Shown: positions 49,346 to 62,310 of the stretch, piece after piece
Position numbering within the stretch: the first letter of the stretch is position 1
Layout of the letters: every line of letters begins with the position of its first letter
NCBI RefSeq assembly: GCF_964204645.1
Contig: NC_134036.1
Span: forward strand, 11,325,859 to 11,389,858
Direction of reading: 5' to 3'
DNA: 64,000 bases
From: Tubulanus polymorphus
Lineage: Eukaryota; Animalia; Nemertea
The notes under the pieces: generated by a model
What the model saw: the letters and a program-made list of their open reading frames with translations, nothing else
Told to the model about the DNA's origin: nothing
The model's database searches: none
Translations under genes and position numbers: made by a program

Positions 49346-52300
49346 GGGTGTTTTTAAGTCTTTTCTTATGTCATTTGTCTTGATTTTTAGTATGTACGCA
49401 TCAGTATTGAAGCAAATTAATGGAAATCCGCAGTTAAATGTACGATCTTCAGTTGATAAATCATAAACATAATCTGTTGGGTTATATATTTCAAATAAAT
49501 CTTTAACTTCTTCAGTTAAATCTTTTTCTGTGTGGCTTAAATTAAAGCAATTTGGTTTAGATTTAATCAATCCAATATTCATATTGAAGCCTAATGAATT
49601 ACATAATATGTTTAACCCTGATATAGCAACTTTTCCGTTTTGAGCTAAAGATATTGCAGGAGAACTCGTAAATTTTTTAGCACCATCTGCTGCGTAGAAT
49701 CCAATGAAGAACCATTTTCTTAAATTATCTTTTGCATTTAATACATAATCTGGAACTATCTTTTCTTTTGTTGAAGTATTACTTTTCACTATTGGATGAA
49801 TATAGAATTCATCATTATATTTTATAGCAAAATCTTTAGGATTATTTACAAGTATTCTATAAACTGCTGATGATTTCATAACATCCAGGATTCTAAATGT
49901 TTTATGTGGATAAACTTCTTCACAGAATTTCTTAATTCATTCTAATAATTTCAAGTCTTGATTGCATAAATACCAACAATATTTATTACCCCAAACATAA
50001 TTATACACACCTGCTGAACCATCTCCCATAAAAAATTCTTTGATAAAATATTCTTTTTCTTCTAATGTTTCGGGTTCTATATTGTAAATATTATCAATTA
50101 TTTCATCAAATGACATATGATTCATTCTTGGGAAAAATCTTTTATGTAATAATTCATCTCCAATTTTTATATCAGTTGGTTTTATTTCATCGCCATTTCG
50201 TTTAATTAAACTATAATCTTCTGTAACATCTACAAACCCTAATTTAGTTCTAACTCTATAGATCTTCTTATTTGTTTTATGCCTAATAATATTCTTTAAT
50301 TTTTTTCCATCCATTTCTTGTCCAAACATCCATTAAAGCATTTATTTATATCAATTCTTTTTCACCATATGAAATATAACATTCATTTTGTTTTGGAATT
50401 ATTTCTGAAATTCTTCTTATCAATATTTTATCATTACATTTTAATAATATTGGGGTGTCAGCTGTTACAGAATCAAAAAATAATATTTCAATATGCTTTT
50501 TCCCAAAAAGCGGTTGTAAAACACTATAATAAAAATCATACATTAATAATTTTGATACTTCTAAAACAGTTGAACCAATGAATATAGGTTTATTAAATTT
50601 CATTGACGTTCTTTTTAATTTTACTGCTGTTAAATAATCTTCAAATCTTTTATTTCCTAAATGTCTAGGACTTGATTGTAAATGTCTTAATCTTTCAGAA
50701 TTATTTACTAATTCAATATCATTTCTATTTCTAATATTTTCACATCTTTTACCATAAAAACTATTATTCATTAATTTGAAGAAATCTTTTTCAAAATCTG
50801 TTTTTGATATGGTTCTCTGTTGAGTATTGAAATCTATATATTTTTCTAACCACTTCGATTGATTAAATTCAATATATCTATGTACTTTTTTCAATTTCAT
50901 TCCTTGTTTTAGATAAAATTTTAACATTCTATGATGAACGATATAATTGTATTTATTATTTTGAGTAAGTATTAATTTTTCTGTAAAAACATGATCTTTC
51001 GGTTTTATTTTCTTCTGGTATTCACTTAAATAACTATCATCTACGGTTAAATGTTCTGGGCAATAAGGTAAGTTTCTTGTTTTAAACTTTAAATCTTCAG
51101 GATATTCTAAATCAACTACAAAGAAATAACCAATTGGTGCTTCATCTTTTAAACTCGCAATTGCGCTTTCCCAATCAGTTTTATTATCATTTTCAACTTC
51201 TGTCAATATAAAATTTTTATATGGTTGAGGTTGCATCATTGCCCAACCATATAAATTATTGGCGTCAATATATAATAATTTATATTCATCATTTGCTATA
51301 AAATATCTATCTCCCATAACACCACTAATTCCACCTCTAATTGATTTTTCAAATAATAAAACCATATCTGGTTCTTTTAATTAACTTTCTTAGCTTGTAA
51401 ATTACAATCTTCATGAGCAGCTCCACGATATTTTGAATTTAAATGATCATGATCTCTAACTTTTTTATCAAATGAATAAAAACGTTTTTCACAATAACAA
51501 CAATGAGTTGCATAATTAAAATCAATTTCATCTTCTTTTGTCATAACTCTTCTTTTATTTTTGTTTAATAATTTTGCAAAATCACTTTCTAATTCAATCA
51601 TTTTGTTACAAAAATCATTAACTACATTTTCACCTCTAAAAGAAATATATTGACTTTCATATAATTCAGGATAATTTGATTTTATATAAATTCCATAAGC
51701 AGCAGCTCTTTGATGAACTTTTTTAATTGTATTTATAATTGGTGGGTCTAGTGTTGTGTCTTCATTTAATTCATTTCCTTTATCCATTGATTTTAATAAT
51801 TGCTTTTTGTTATATATTTCTTTTCTATCTTGATCAGTTAATTCTTTATTTAACGATTCAAAATCCCCATAAATTACAAATGGAACAATATTTTTAAATT
51901 TATGATTAGTAAATTTCAATTTATAATCTTTTTCTGTTGGCATTATTAATTCACAAAAATCTTTATTATCACATAATTCTTTATGTTTTAATAATGTATT
52001 CTCAGTCATGAATTAAGATAAACATTTTCTACATAGATAAATTTTATTATGGTGATCACTTTCTGTTCTAAAGAATAAATCAATTTGTTTTAACCACATA
52101 TAATGTTCATTTTCATCTTTTTTGTAATATAACAAATCTATAGGATTTTCATCATCATAATATTCTGTTAAATATAAAGCTTCCAATGTATAATCTTTAA
52201 TATTTTCACCTTTTGTCTTTGGTAATTGCATTAATTCAAATACATTTATTTTTAAATTATTAACTTTTTCTATTTTAGGAATCATTTTTATAGTTACTGG

Positions 52301-53349
52301 ATATTGATCAATTTTATATAATATTTCATATTTCCGGTAATTTGTTATTCTACAAACATTTTCCTGTGTTGGATGTAAGCAACTAATAATTGACCATAGA
52401 AAACATTTATTATCTTCATTTTGAATATTTATTACTGCTTTTGTTGTAAATGGTAATTTAATATAAGATGATGCTTTAATATCCTTTTCTGTTGTAAAGT
52501 TTGAATCATTTTTAAACATTTTTTTACTTTTTGATGTTTTATTTCTTTTTGTATTGTAAACATTTAAATCTAAATATATAATTTCATTCAATGTTAAGCC
52601 GGAACCCTCAAAATATCTTTCTTCAATATGACGTTTAAATTCATTAAATATTTTTTCTAACTTCTCTTTTTTTGTGTTTTTGAAATTATTTCTTCAGAGT
52701 GTGTTTGAATATTATAATTCATTTTTTCTTCTGACTTTATAAAACTTACTTTCCCAGAGATACTAATTTTTGGATATTCAACATCTGTTATCAAATCTAG
52801 TATTTTTTCTATTATTTCATTAAATGTACTATAATCTTCTATTGTTGTACCTTTAAAAAATCTAAATATAATAGCTGCAGGACCAATTTTACTATGTAAT
52901 GTTTCTAAAATTTCAATTGTATCTTTAATTTCTAGTGAATCAATATAATTTCTAACATTTTCCATGTAAGGTTTATTTGAAATGGATTTAGTTTTTGAAG
53001 TTGTTTTTTTTACTTTTTGAGGTTTATCATCAAAATAATCTTTTCCTAAAACATTATTACTCAAATTTTGATGGTGTTTTTGTGATTCGAGATGTCTATT
53101 ATAATTCCTTTTTACTATAAATTCATTACAAACTTCACATTTTATTTCATCCACATTCATATTTTCTAATCTTTCTTTTCTTTCATTGGAATTTTCTGGA
53201 GTTTCAAAATCTATTACATTTTTTATATGATTTGCAGTTTTTTCGTGTCGTGTTTTATGAGATGTATCGACGTATTTTTTACAATATGTGCAATAATATT
53301 GATTTTTATTAACATTATTATTTTCTGGCTGGTGTTCATTCTCCCCCAT
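49340..53349 (-). pseudogene. Protein-primed family B DNA polymerase (group-2 Polinton/adintovirus type) with intein
   Basis: Two C2H2-like fingers; OTU-like DNKCFLWSI...EHY; ExoI YGDFES; EndoVII-like CCYC..DHDH..YRGAAHEDCN; IRGG; motif A YIDANNLYGWAM; motif B KLMNNSFYGK; motif C split by the intein. Deletion of the ExoII/III region at about 51377; several stops. Confidence 0.95.
49406..50471 (-). mobile_element. Intein with LAGLIDADG (DOD) homing endonuclease in PolB motif C, decayed
   Basis: Block A SVTADTPILL after FFD; VWTRNGWKK/LKNIIRHK; block B VDVTEDYSL; LAGLIDADG motifs FFMGDGS and FIGFYAADG; block F YVYDLSTEDRTF; block G ICFN followed by +1 Thr (TDA). Length 1066 nt = 355 codons + 1. 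Confidence 0.92.
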
Positions 53350-56300
53350 TTATTAGGAAAAAAAATTACTTGTGGTGATGAGTGGTGTCTCGCCCTCTCG
53401 CCCTCTGATCTGAAAGCCTACTTTTCCAATTACTTAGGCATAATCGATGCACGCGCATCACTATGTACTCGTATAGAGTCGATCATAAGTACATCGTTTT
53501 TCATTGGTTTCATAGGATCGGAAATCATTATATTTAATGAGCTGTCACTGATATTAGGTTTTCATATACTATTTTATCATTTTCGCTGATGTACTGCGCG
53601 TGTATAGAACACACCATTCTGACTAGTAACGCACCTGTCTTACGTCTATGATTGTAAAGCGACGACGGGATCATTTTTTCGAATTGTCGAATTGAGCTGT
53701 GCGTATTTCTTTGGGCCGAAAGATGCAATCTAGACTGCCGAATAGATATTGTAAACCGCAGTCATTCAGTGTGTATAGCTATCCTGCATATTCGCCTCAC
53801 GTTTCGAGTAAAATTGACCGTAATCTGGTCGTCGATGGCAGTAAATATGATTTTACCCTGAAACACTGTTCTTTCAAATTTAGGTAATTTCATTCTGTCA
53901 AAATGAGATCCTTGACAGCTACGGACGATAGATCAAAACGATACTAACGCATTTACTTTAATTTTTTCTTTAAATTATCCGAACAATTGATCCACAGCTA
54001 GATTTTCGTAGTATTTGAAAATGTTTCGTAGTATTTAGAAATGTTCTTAATGTTGTTTCCGTATGCGTGGGGGTTACGTTAAAGCCGTCAGACAAGAACG
54101 TACTAGTAGTAAGAATTACGAAAGTTCTTGTTTGATGCTTTCATCTACCAACGCAAACCATAAATCAGTCTATAAACAACAATTCTTTCTCGGTTCTTCT
54201 GCTGTGAGATCTGGCAAACATTCAGAAAATCTTTATATAAAACTTTTAAATAGTTGGAACCATATTTGGTTGGGTCGGAACAATGGAGTGTATTTATATT
54301 GAGGCTCGTGAAGGGATCACGCTGATACTTGATGATATTCCCGGCTACTTTCCGTAAAAGGAAAAAACCGGAAGTTTAGGAAGATGTGGTTGTTTTGCTG
54401 ATCCTGTATTAAAATAGAATTAGTTAAATTGTAGATAAAATAATTAGTATAAGTATTTCAAATAATTTAAGAATTGATAATCAATCACAATGTATTCTGA
54501 ATCGTAGTTAATTATAATAATTAAAAAAAGAAACTATGAATTTGTACTGTAGTTAGAAAAGAAAACAAAGTTTTGAAAAGATATTTAATTTGAGTAATCT
54601 AGATGTTGTTTAAGAACAAATTGTTAATAATCGCTAATGTTTTAGAAAAATTAATTTGTGTTTAATGTTAAAACTAGCTGTCTGAAGTTTCTGTTGTCTG
54701 TATGCGCTCGTTGGTAATTCACAGACAATAGCTGCTCTCTCAACAACGACTAGCAAGGAGCGAGTAAATCACAACGCGTCATGACAGGAGGGTTGGAAGA
54801 AAAAGTTTATATCAGCAAATCAGTTTTTTAAAAAAACCTGCAGATCAGCAAATCAGTAGGGCTAAATTTTCCGTAACTAAAAACGGTCATGACAGTTGGG
54901 TAGCTGCTCCTTGCTAAAAAGCGGAAGAACCTGCGTGGGAGAATCGGAATTCTGAAAATGCCGGTTCTTTCTAAAAAAGGGGGCCGCTATCGAGAGAGAG
55001 GAGAGAATCTGTACCTTAGTAAGACGAGTGTCGACAGCAGGACAGGAGAAGCTTCGGAACAATAGGGATTCATATACAATAGGGATTAGGAAAATCATTC
55101 TTTGTTCAAGGTAAATAAAATATATTATCTTCAATATTATCATCCGGTATTTCAATTTATTCATTCGGATTTGTGCACGGACACGTTCTCTCGCCAGGGC
55201 CTTACTCAAGTATTTTATAGATAACGATTAAAGAGAGGATTGTGACCGGTGTATCAATACGAATATTGGAGGTGTAAAAGATATTATACAGAATCTGAGT
55301 TCTCATACATTTTTCCCAATATCTTGACAGCTCAGCTTTTATAGGGCCGAAACGGTTGGCTTCAAGATTACTCTAAAAAGCATCAATAAACGGGCTTTCT
55401 CTGCGTTTTAGGTATTGAATGCCAAAGGTGAAGTACTTAATACTTAGTTCCTGAAAGCTATATTTCCATAATTTCATATCGAAACACGTTTGACTAAAAT
55501 AGTACTTACTTCTGGCAACATCGTTTTGCTCGTGGTTCTCAATTTTAGCCATTGAACTGTTGGGGCAAAGTTTGATCCTATCGAATGGACCGTAAACCGA
55601 TGAAATCTTGAAGCATTTGTCGTTTCCTGCCGGTTACCAACCCGTCTCGCATTTACACTCTAAATAAGAAACAAACGGTGTTTGGGACGGAACTGGATCT
55701 AGGGTCCCTCCTGTGGATTAATTTGATTATTTGATACTCAAATAACTATTCCGAACAAACTTAGTATACTGTGCAATAATGTTGAAGTATTCGTATAAAT
55801 AGTTTTGAGAACTTAGTCATTTCTAAGAATTCTATTTCAAGTATTTTTGGTTTTCAAATTCCCTGTTTTAGCATTTTAATTGCCACTTTACTCCCAGTGT
55901 TCGTAGTTATGTCTTATTTATAGCCAAAGAGTCAGGTGACATTTATTTAACAGTTTAATATATTCGCTTTCTTATCAGAACTCCGTTCTTGAACGGACGG
56001 CGTAAAATGTAGCGACAATTTCAACTAGTTCGTTTCCTCGTTGTATTTTTGGCTAAATAAATTTGGGCGTGACAGTGACAGCGCCGCTTCACTATAACTT
56101 ACTAGCCCTCGATATCAGACATGACGACCTACAAGACGTCACCAACAGCAGCAGCGCGGCTCCCAGAGTTATGACGTAATGCATCTGTCTAAAAGACATA
56201 GACAAATATTGTATAATTCCTATCTAGTGACATTTAAGTATAGTATGATTATATATTTGCATTTTATCTAATTGTAATTATCTAATTTTATCTAATTAGT

Positions 56301-57248
56301 ACTTGCATAATCGTCATAATCTTTGTATTACACATGTATTTGCATAAAGTTGGGGTTCTCAGATTCGTATACGTCACTTTTTGACTTCTCATGATCCCCT
56401 CTATTTTCATTAATGCTATATATTGTAAAAATTTCACGCGAAACTCTGTTAATTTTTCCATTTCATAATGTAATTTTGAAAAGCAAAATAAATTCAATTC
56501 AATTCAAACAGCTATGTGCCTTATTTGAATGTAGCCCAAGACCAAAACAATAAGTAGTTAGAGAACTAAACTTACATCCAGTGGTAATGCTTCATTTTCA
56601 GTGAAATTGGATATCGATGAAAATTGAAACGCGGTCGACTAATAACCCACCAGCGAAACCTGTCGGGACCTCAGTGCGACTTAGTCCAAAAGTGGTCATC
56701 ATCACAAGTCTGGTCATAGATTGTTAGATCGACTATAGAACCAAGATGGTCTTAATCCCATCTGGAATTTAAGCCCCTACTTTGCAATTGGCCCATGTTC
56801 ATATGCATCACATCCGCTTGTTACTTTATAAAGCCAGTCAGTCCATCACAGTAATTGACTTTAGAGTCTCGCAATTAATCTTGCGTGGAATGTTCATTAT
56901 CGCATTCAATTGAATCTTTCGCTGAGCATATGAAATAATATAATAATTCTATTTATCATGAAACGAATGATTATTTCGCCATCGAGTTTATCGAAAATCA
57001 ATAAACGGGCGAGGGCTCCCATATTGTCACTCGCATCGTCGTGCGCGATGGTTACAGAATGTTAAGACGTAAATACCTTTTCACCGATTGTCGCGGCTTT
57101 CTCATATTTCAGTTCGTCGTCGGAGTAATGCGTCTACAGCAAACAGCTCAAAGCGTAAACAATCGTCGAATTTATAAGAATCGATCTCGGAAGCGACGAC
57201 GATAGCAGCTTGCGAGCGAGTAAGTACTAGCATAAGCCATCCGTTTCG

Positions 57249-57477
57249 CCAATTCACTTAACGACGTTTCAGTTGTGAAAACAGTTTTGAACTAGCGGCG
57301 ATCGAAGCTTTGGAGCTAGTAAGTATCGTCAAAGCTACTCGTCTTGCTTCATAACCAATTCACTGCGCGTTTCAGTTGTGAAAACAGTTTAGATGAGCGG
57401 CCGGTGATCGAAGCTTTGGAGTTTTAAAGTATTGTTGTCAAATATACTCGTTTCGCTCGTAACCAATTCACTGCGCG
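57249..57477. repeat. About 107-bp diverged tandem repeat (2+ units)
   Basis: ccaattcact...gtttcagttgtgaaaacagttt...gatcgaagctttggag...tactcgt repeated. Confidence 0.8.
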
Positions 57478-57739
57478 CTTGTCAGCGTGAAGATTTCGCG
57501 TCAACGTCGAGACGATCGGTCCAGTCGTTCTAGAGTTCAAGCCGAACAGCTGTTCAATAATACCGTACGATTCGAAACAGACACGTATTCAGTGTTTAGA
57601 TGCAAGACGAAAAAACGATGAAATTGAAACTCTAGAATAACCAACGTATATCGAAATATCTTATCTTAAGTGTTGACGGGTAATAGAATATAGGAATACC
57701 CTATTCCGGTGGGGAACATAATGGATATTACATTGATAT

Positions 57740-58292
57740 CTATACAGTGATGGTAAAACAGTGATGGTAAAACAGTGATTGTAATACAGTGGTAGTAATA
57801 CAGTGATAGTAATGCTGTGATAATAATACAGTGATAGTCATACAGTGATAGCAATGCAGTGATAGTAATACAATGATAGTAATACAGTGACAGTAATACA
57901 GTGATAGTAATACATTGATAGCAATACAGTGATAGTAATACAGTGATAGTAATACAGTGATCGCAATACTGGGATAGCAATAAGGTGATAGTAATGCAGT
58001 GATAGTAATACAGTGACAGTAATACAGTGATAGTAATACAGTGATAGTAATACAGTGATAGTAATACAGTGATCGCAATACTGGGATAGCAATAAGGTGA
58101 TAGTAATGCAGTGATAGTAATACAGTGATAGTAATACAGTGATAGTAATACAGTGGTAGCAATACAGTTAGCTATACAGTGATAGCAATATAGTGATATA
58201 ATAAAGTTATAGCAATGCAGTGATAGCAATACATTGACAGTAATACAGTGGTAGTAATACAGTGATAGTAATACAGTGGCAGCAATACAGTG
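57740..58292. repeat. 14-bp minisatellite (gtgatagtaataca)n
   Basis: Directly visible; generates the spurious LLSLYYYHCITITV ORFs. Confidence 0.95.
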
Positions 58293-61199
58293 GGAAGATG
58301 TCGTAATTGATCATATAAATAAATTTGGATTTTATCAGACCAATAAAAAATTTTTATTTTACACCGCCAATAATTTAATTTGGGTTTAACGGCAAAATTT
58401 GATTTTTCCCGCCAAAAAAAATTTGAATTTGAATTTTCCCGCCATTTTTACCGGCACTTCCGGCTTTTTACCGTCACTTTATTCGCGTGACATGGTTCTT
58501 CGATTTTTCTGCGTACCGGATATAAACCGCAGGCTGTGGCATCGTCTGCGAACCTGTTCGCCAGTTCCAGCGGGTTTTTGGTGCACACCAATGCGCACAG
58601 TAGCTGGTATTGCATTTCAAGTCTGGCGGAAGTTCTACGAGAATCATTTTACAGTTGGGATAGTTTGCGCAAAGACGCTGCATCACGTTTATTTCGCCCT
58701 CGACAGTGACGTGAATTTGATACATATTTGCAGCAAAAACAGCAGCAGCAGCAGCGGTGGCGGAAAAACTGAAAGTTCATATGAATAGTTGAAAGAGAAG
58801 ACAAATATTATCTTGAACGATTAGAACTAAATTTGTCTTAAATATTCGATTTTTCGCTACAAGCGCTTCAGCGGGTAAACGGTAATACTGTTACTTCATA
58901 TAAATTCACCCTATTTAGCCTAAGGCAAACAAATGGATACCTTGCTTCTCCCCGTTTCTCCGTGTCTGCTGAACGCAAAAGTTGACCGCTCTATCTACTC
59001 TAATCTACATGAATTTTTAAAAAATTGTGACCAGGCATACGATAACAGACCCGGCAGCTAAAGATATGAACTGATTCTATTTTAGTTGACTACGTATAAG
59101 TAACTACTCAGTAATTGTGACAAAGACAGACCCGACAGCTAAATAAATGAACTGGTTCTATTTCAGTTTACAAAGTGACCCGGCCGCTGCGGAGAAACAA
59201 GGTATCATTTTCTGCGTTACAGAAGGAATTTATTTTCTCGTTGACTAATTCTCGGCTCGTCCACAGCTCTCTCATCATGTAAATAATAATCATCTTTTTC
59301 TTTCCAACTGGACACTTGAATTGTTTAAGAATTATTTCATTTCTTACCTGAATCACGGAGTATATCGATCGAACAGGTCTCAAACACTGTGTAAGATTGA
59401 ATCTCTAATGAACGCAGCCGAATTCATTATTCATTTGCATAAAACCTGTTTCTAATTTCTGATCTAAAATGCTTTGCGTTATTAAAACAATGCGCATTGG
59501 GGATGAATATACTAGAATAACCTCTACTCCCCTCCTACCCTGCCCCTCCCCTCCTACCCCACCCCTCCTTTAACATCAAATCAACATTTGTATTACAATT
59601 TTCATATTCGAAACCAGATTGGAATTATGATAATATGATTATGATAAGTATATAATTATGATAAGTGAGTGTAATAAAAATTTCTATTGAATATCGTCAT
59701 GAAACGTGTTGTATCATGTTTCATCACATTCCAGATTTACGGGTCGTGCAAAAATGAGTTGTTGCGCGAAATTGCCACGAGTTAGAAACCACGTTATAAA
59801 ACAGTTCTATCGAGATATAGATAATAAGCTGCAATTCGTGCACGTTTTTACGTACTTTTTAAAACGACGTTCGCTCAGATTTTGTGCGGAAACGTCAAAA
59901 GATGAAAACAGCTTCAGGCATCGTGTGGGACATGAATATAAAAACAGCACGACCGTAGGATACACGAACACACACACGATTCACGACAAATCCGTCGCAT
60001 TTTAATTATTCAAAAATCTAATATGAAATTAAACGGGGTAAAATGGAAAATAATCCGATCTGTAAAGAGCGGCTTAATATACAGTATGAACGCAGTAATA
60101 ATCTGTACCCGTTGGGCTATAACCCCCTCCCCCTCTCTCCCTCCCGCCTCGTTGTTTTGTGATGTGTGACAAAATTATGTCCTAGGGACGGATCTATCCA
60201 ACTAGAAGTTACTTTTTTATCAAGACAATGATCCAAAAAAGCTCTAAAAAAGAAATTCGACGCTCATCGTCATGGATACTGCACCGGTTCATTTCTAATA
60301 ATGCCGGGTTGAGGGATGAGCGGGGATTCGGATATAGCCTTCAGCGTGATTACTTCATCCAATGAAAGTCAAGCCCTTCACGTGTACCTCCACTCTTCAC
60401 CATGTTCCTGTCTATCAAGTTCTGTCACCCAATTCCCTTCTTCGAAACTTTTTCAACTTCTGTATACGGATACTAGTTCAAAATGAGGTTAGACAAGGCA
60501 ACAATAACAAAAATCCTAAAGTGATAAGTTTTCTATTAACTGTTATTTATTTCTGTCCGTTTTACGAATTGTCTTAATCGGAAGTGGACTATTAACTCAT
60601 TATCGGTAAAACTTAGGTAAAGTCTCCCAGAAACGTCTTGACAAATAGGTCTGGTTTTAAGTTATCATATTGTTTGGTTGTAGAACCAAAATGCCCTTAG
60701 ACTCGTCTTAAGCTTGTTTTTTTGCTACTGGACCAAATGTTTTAATTTATGGGATCTTACTCATTCCTAGTTACAATTACTTTGAATAGATCTACAGTTG
60801 CCGTCGGAACCGCATCTAGCAGCGCACTCTAGCGTCCATCTTCTTTCACTATTCGCTGTAGATAAGGCAAACCAGGAACCTTTAACCGAACCTGAAAATA
60901 TCATCACAATTATCATAACGGCTGCCGACTTGTAAAACAATCAACTAGGCCACAGTGCGTGACATCACATCATATTCGCCAATCAATGCTCGGCTCGCAA
61001 AAGTCGAATGTCCAGGACCCAGTGTTACAGGTGACTCGAGTCCCTAAATTGTCTCAAATCTTAAAACTGAAGGGGTTGCTTCCATAGTACTTAAGTCCAA
61101 AACTTAAGCTGTTAGGTTGGCTCTAGAAGTAATTTGGTCCCAGACTGGTCTTGAATATAAGCTGTGACTATAATGCAACTGGCCCCATCAGATCCACGA

Positions 61200-62310
61200 T
61201 TAGATGCATTGCAATGCCGAGTAATAAGCGCAATGTCGGTGTGACCCACCTGTTTTTGAGCAGACCTGATGCGAATATATGGATGGAGCTTTTCTCCACT
61301 CCCAACTCGAATGGCTACACCCAATACAAAATTCGACTCTCTCCACGTAGTATATCGATTGGCATATCTTATCTTCGGAACAGAGTTTCGCGCAAGCGCT
61401 CATTGTCGTGTTTCGCTCGAAGATTCGTAAACAGTCTCGAAATTGGCGGCGATGCATACATGCGAAATCAATCTGATGCGGGGTCAGTTGAGCTAGATCA
61501 AATCCAAATGGAATAGAATATACTTAGTTTCTGCGGTATGATAACTTTCTTTTTCATAAATCGAAATTGAAATTTATTCAGACTCATCACCTAACGACAG
61601 TTATACAGAGGGACATCAAGAAGTATTTACAATTTGTAAAACAAATCACGGTTAAACACACTCAGTGCCACCTGTCGGATTCTTCTTGTCGAAAAAAAAA
61701 CAAAAAGCTCGCAGAAACATTGGCCAAGTAACAGTCGAGTTCAACCCTCGTTGAACATCAGTATATACCTCCTCTGGGCGCATATCAGACACCGATCCAG
61801 GACTGGAATGTTGGGACAGTTGGTAGGATAAGGAAATACAAAAAAAAATATTTTCACTTGGAAAAATGCTGTTTAAGAATCACCCTCACCCAACCGTGAA
61901 GTAATGTTACACCTCTAAAAATCCTTTTCGATGATATAGAGACGTTTAAGTGTTTCACGAGACCTTCAAAAGTATAAGGCCTTGGACGTGAACCCGTTCA
62001 GCAACTTACCTCCATAGTTATCCGATAATCCATACATACAGATTGCTCCATCGATCATTAAGTTTTTATCTGTTTTCTTGCAATATTCACTCACTCTTGC
62101 TGGCTGCGTTGATCTTTTATGAGTCTTGCATCGATAGCTTGCATCGTCTTGTTTAACCACGCTTATGGATACACATTCCCATGGTTCATTCGAACAATAA
62201 TACTCACAAACATTGAGCGCGTCATCGATGTCGTTTACACCATCCAGTGCGTACTTCATCGAATGGAGAGCATCTCGTTCACAGAATATCGGTACGCACA
62301 ACCGTATTCT
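61200..62310 (-). pseudogene. PAN/apple-like domain exons, probably a decayed secreted-protein gene
   Basis: VCEYYCSNEPWECVSISV..YRCKTH (61966-62301) and ACAKLCSEDKICQSIYY..FC (61200-61457) fit the C-x3-C-x5/6-C-x-S-...-C PAN pattern; in-frame stops flank both segments. Confidence 0.5.

Larger units (their letters stand above)
47725..53434. mobile_element. Polinton/adintovirus-like relic, copy 2 (integrase C-terminus, ATPase, intein-containing pPolB)
   Basis: Gene content listed below. Right terminus inferred at ...ttttccaattact (53434), where homology with copy 1 ends. Left end truncated inside the integrase. Confidence 0.9.

Noticed and set aside
49937-50348. Stop-codon readthrough, alternative genetic code or programmed frameshift in the intein/PolB
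   Set aside because: Stops are of mixed types and copy 1 has AAA where copy 2 has TAA (52013), which fits ordinary pseudogene decay.
57666-58229. Three overlapping Cys/Tyr/His-rich ORFs of up to 187 aa
   Set aside because: Translations of a 14-bp minisatellite that is open in all frames; not a gene and not a CRISPR array (no unique spacers).
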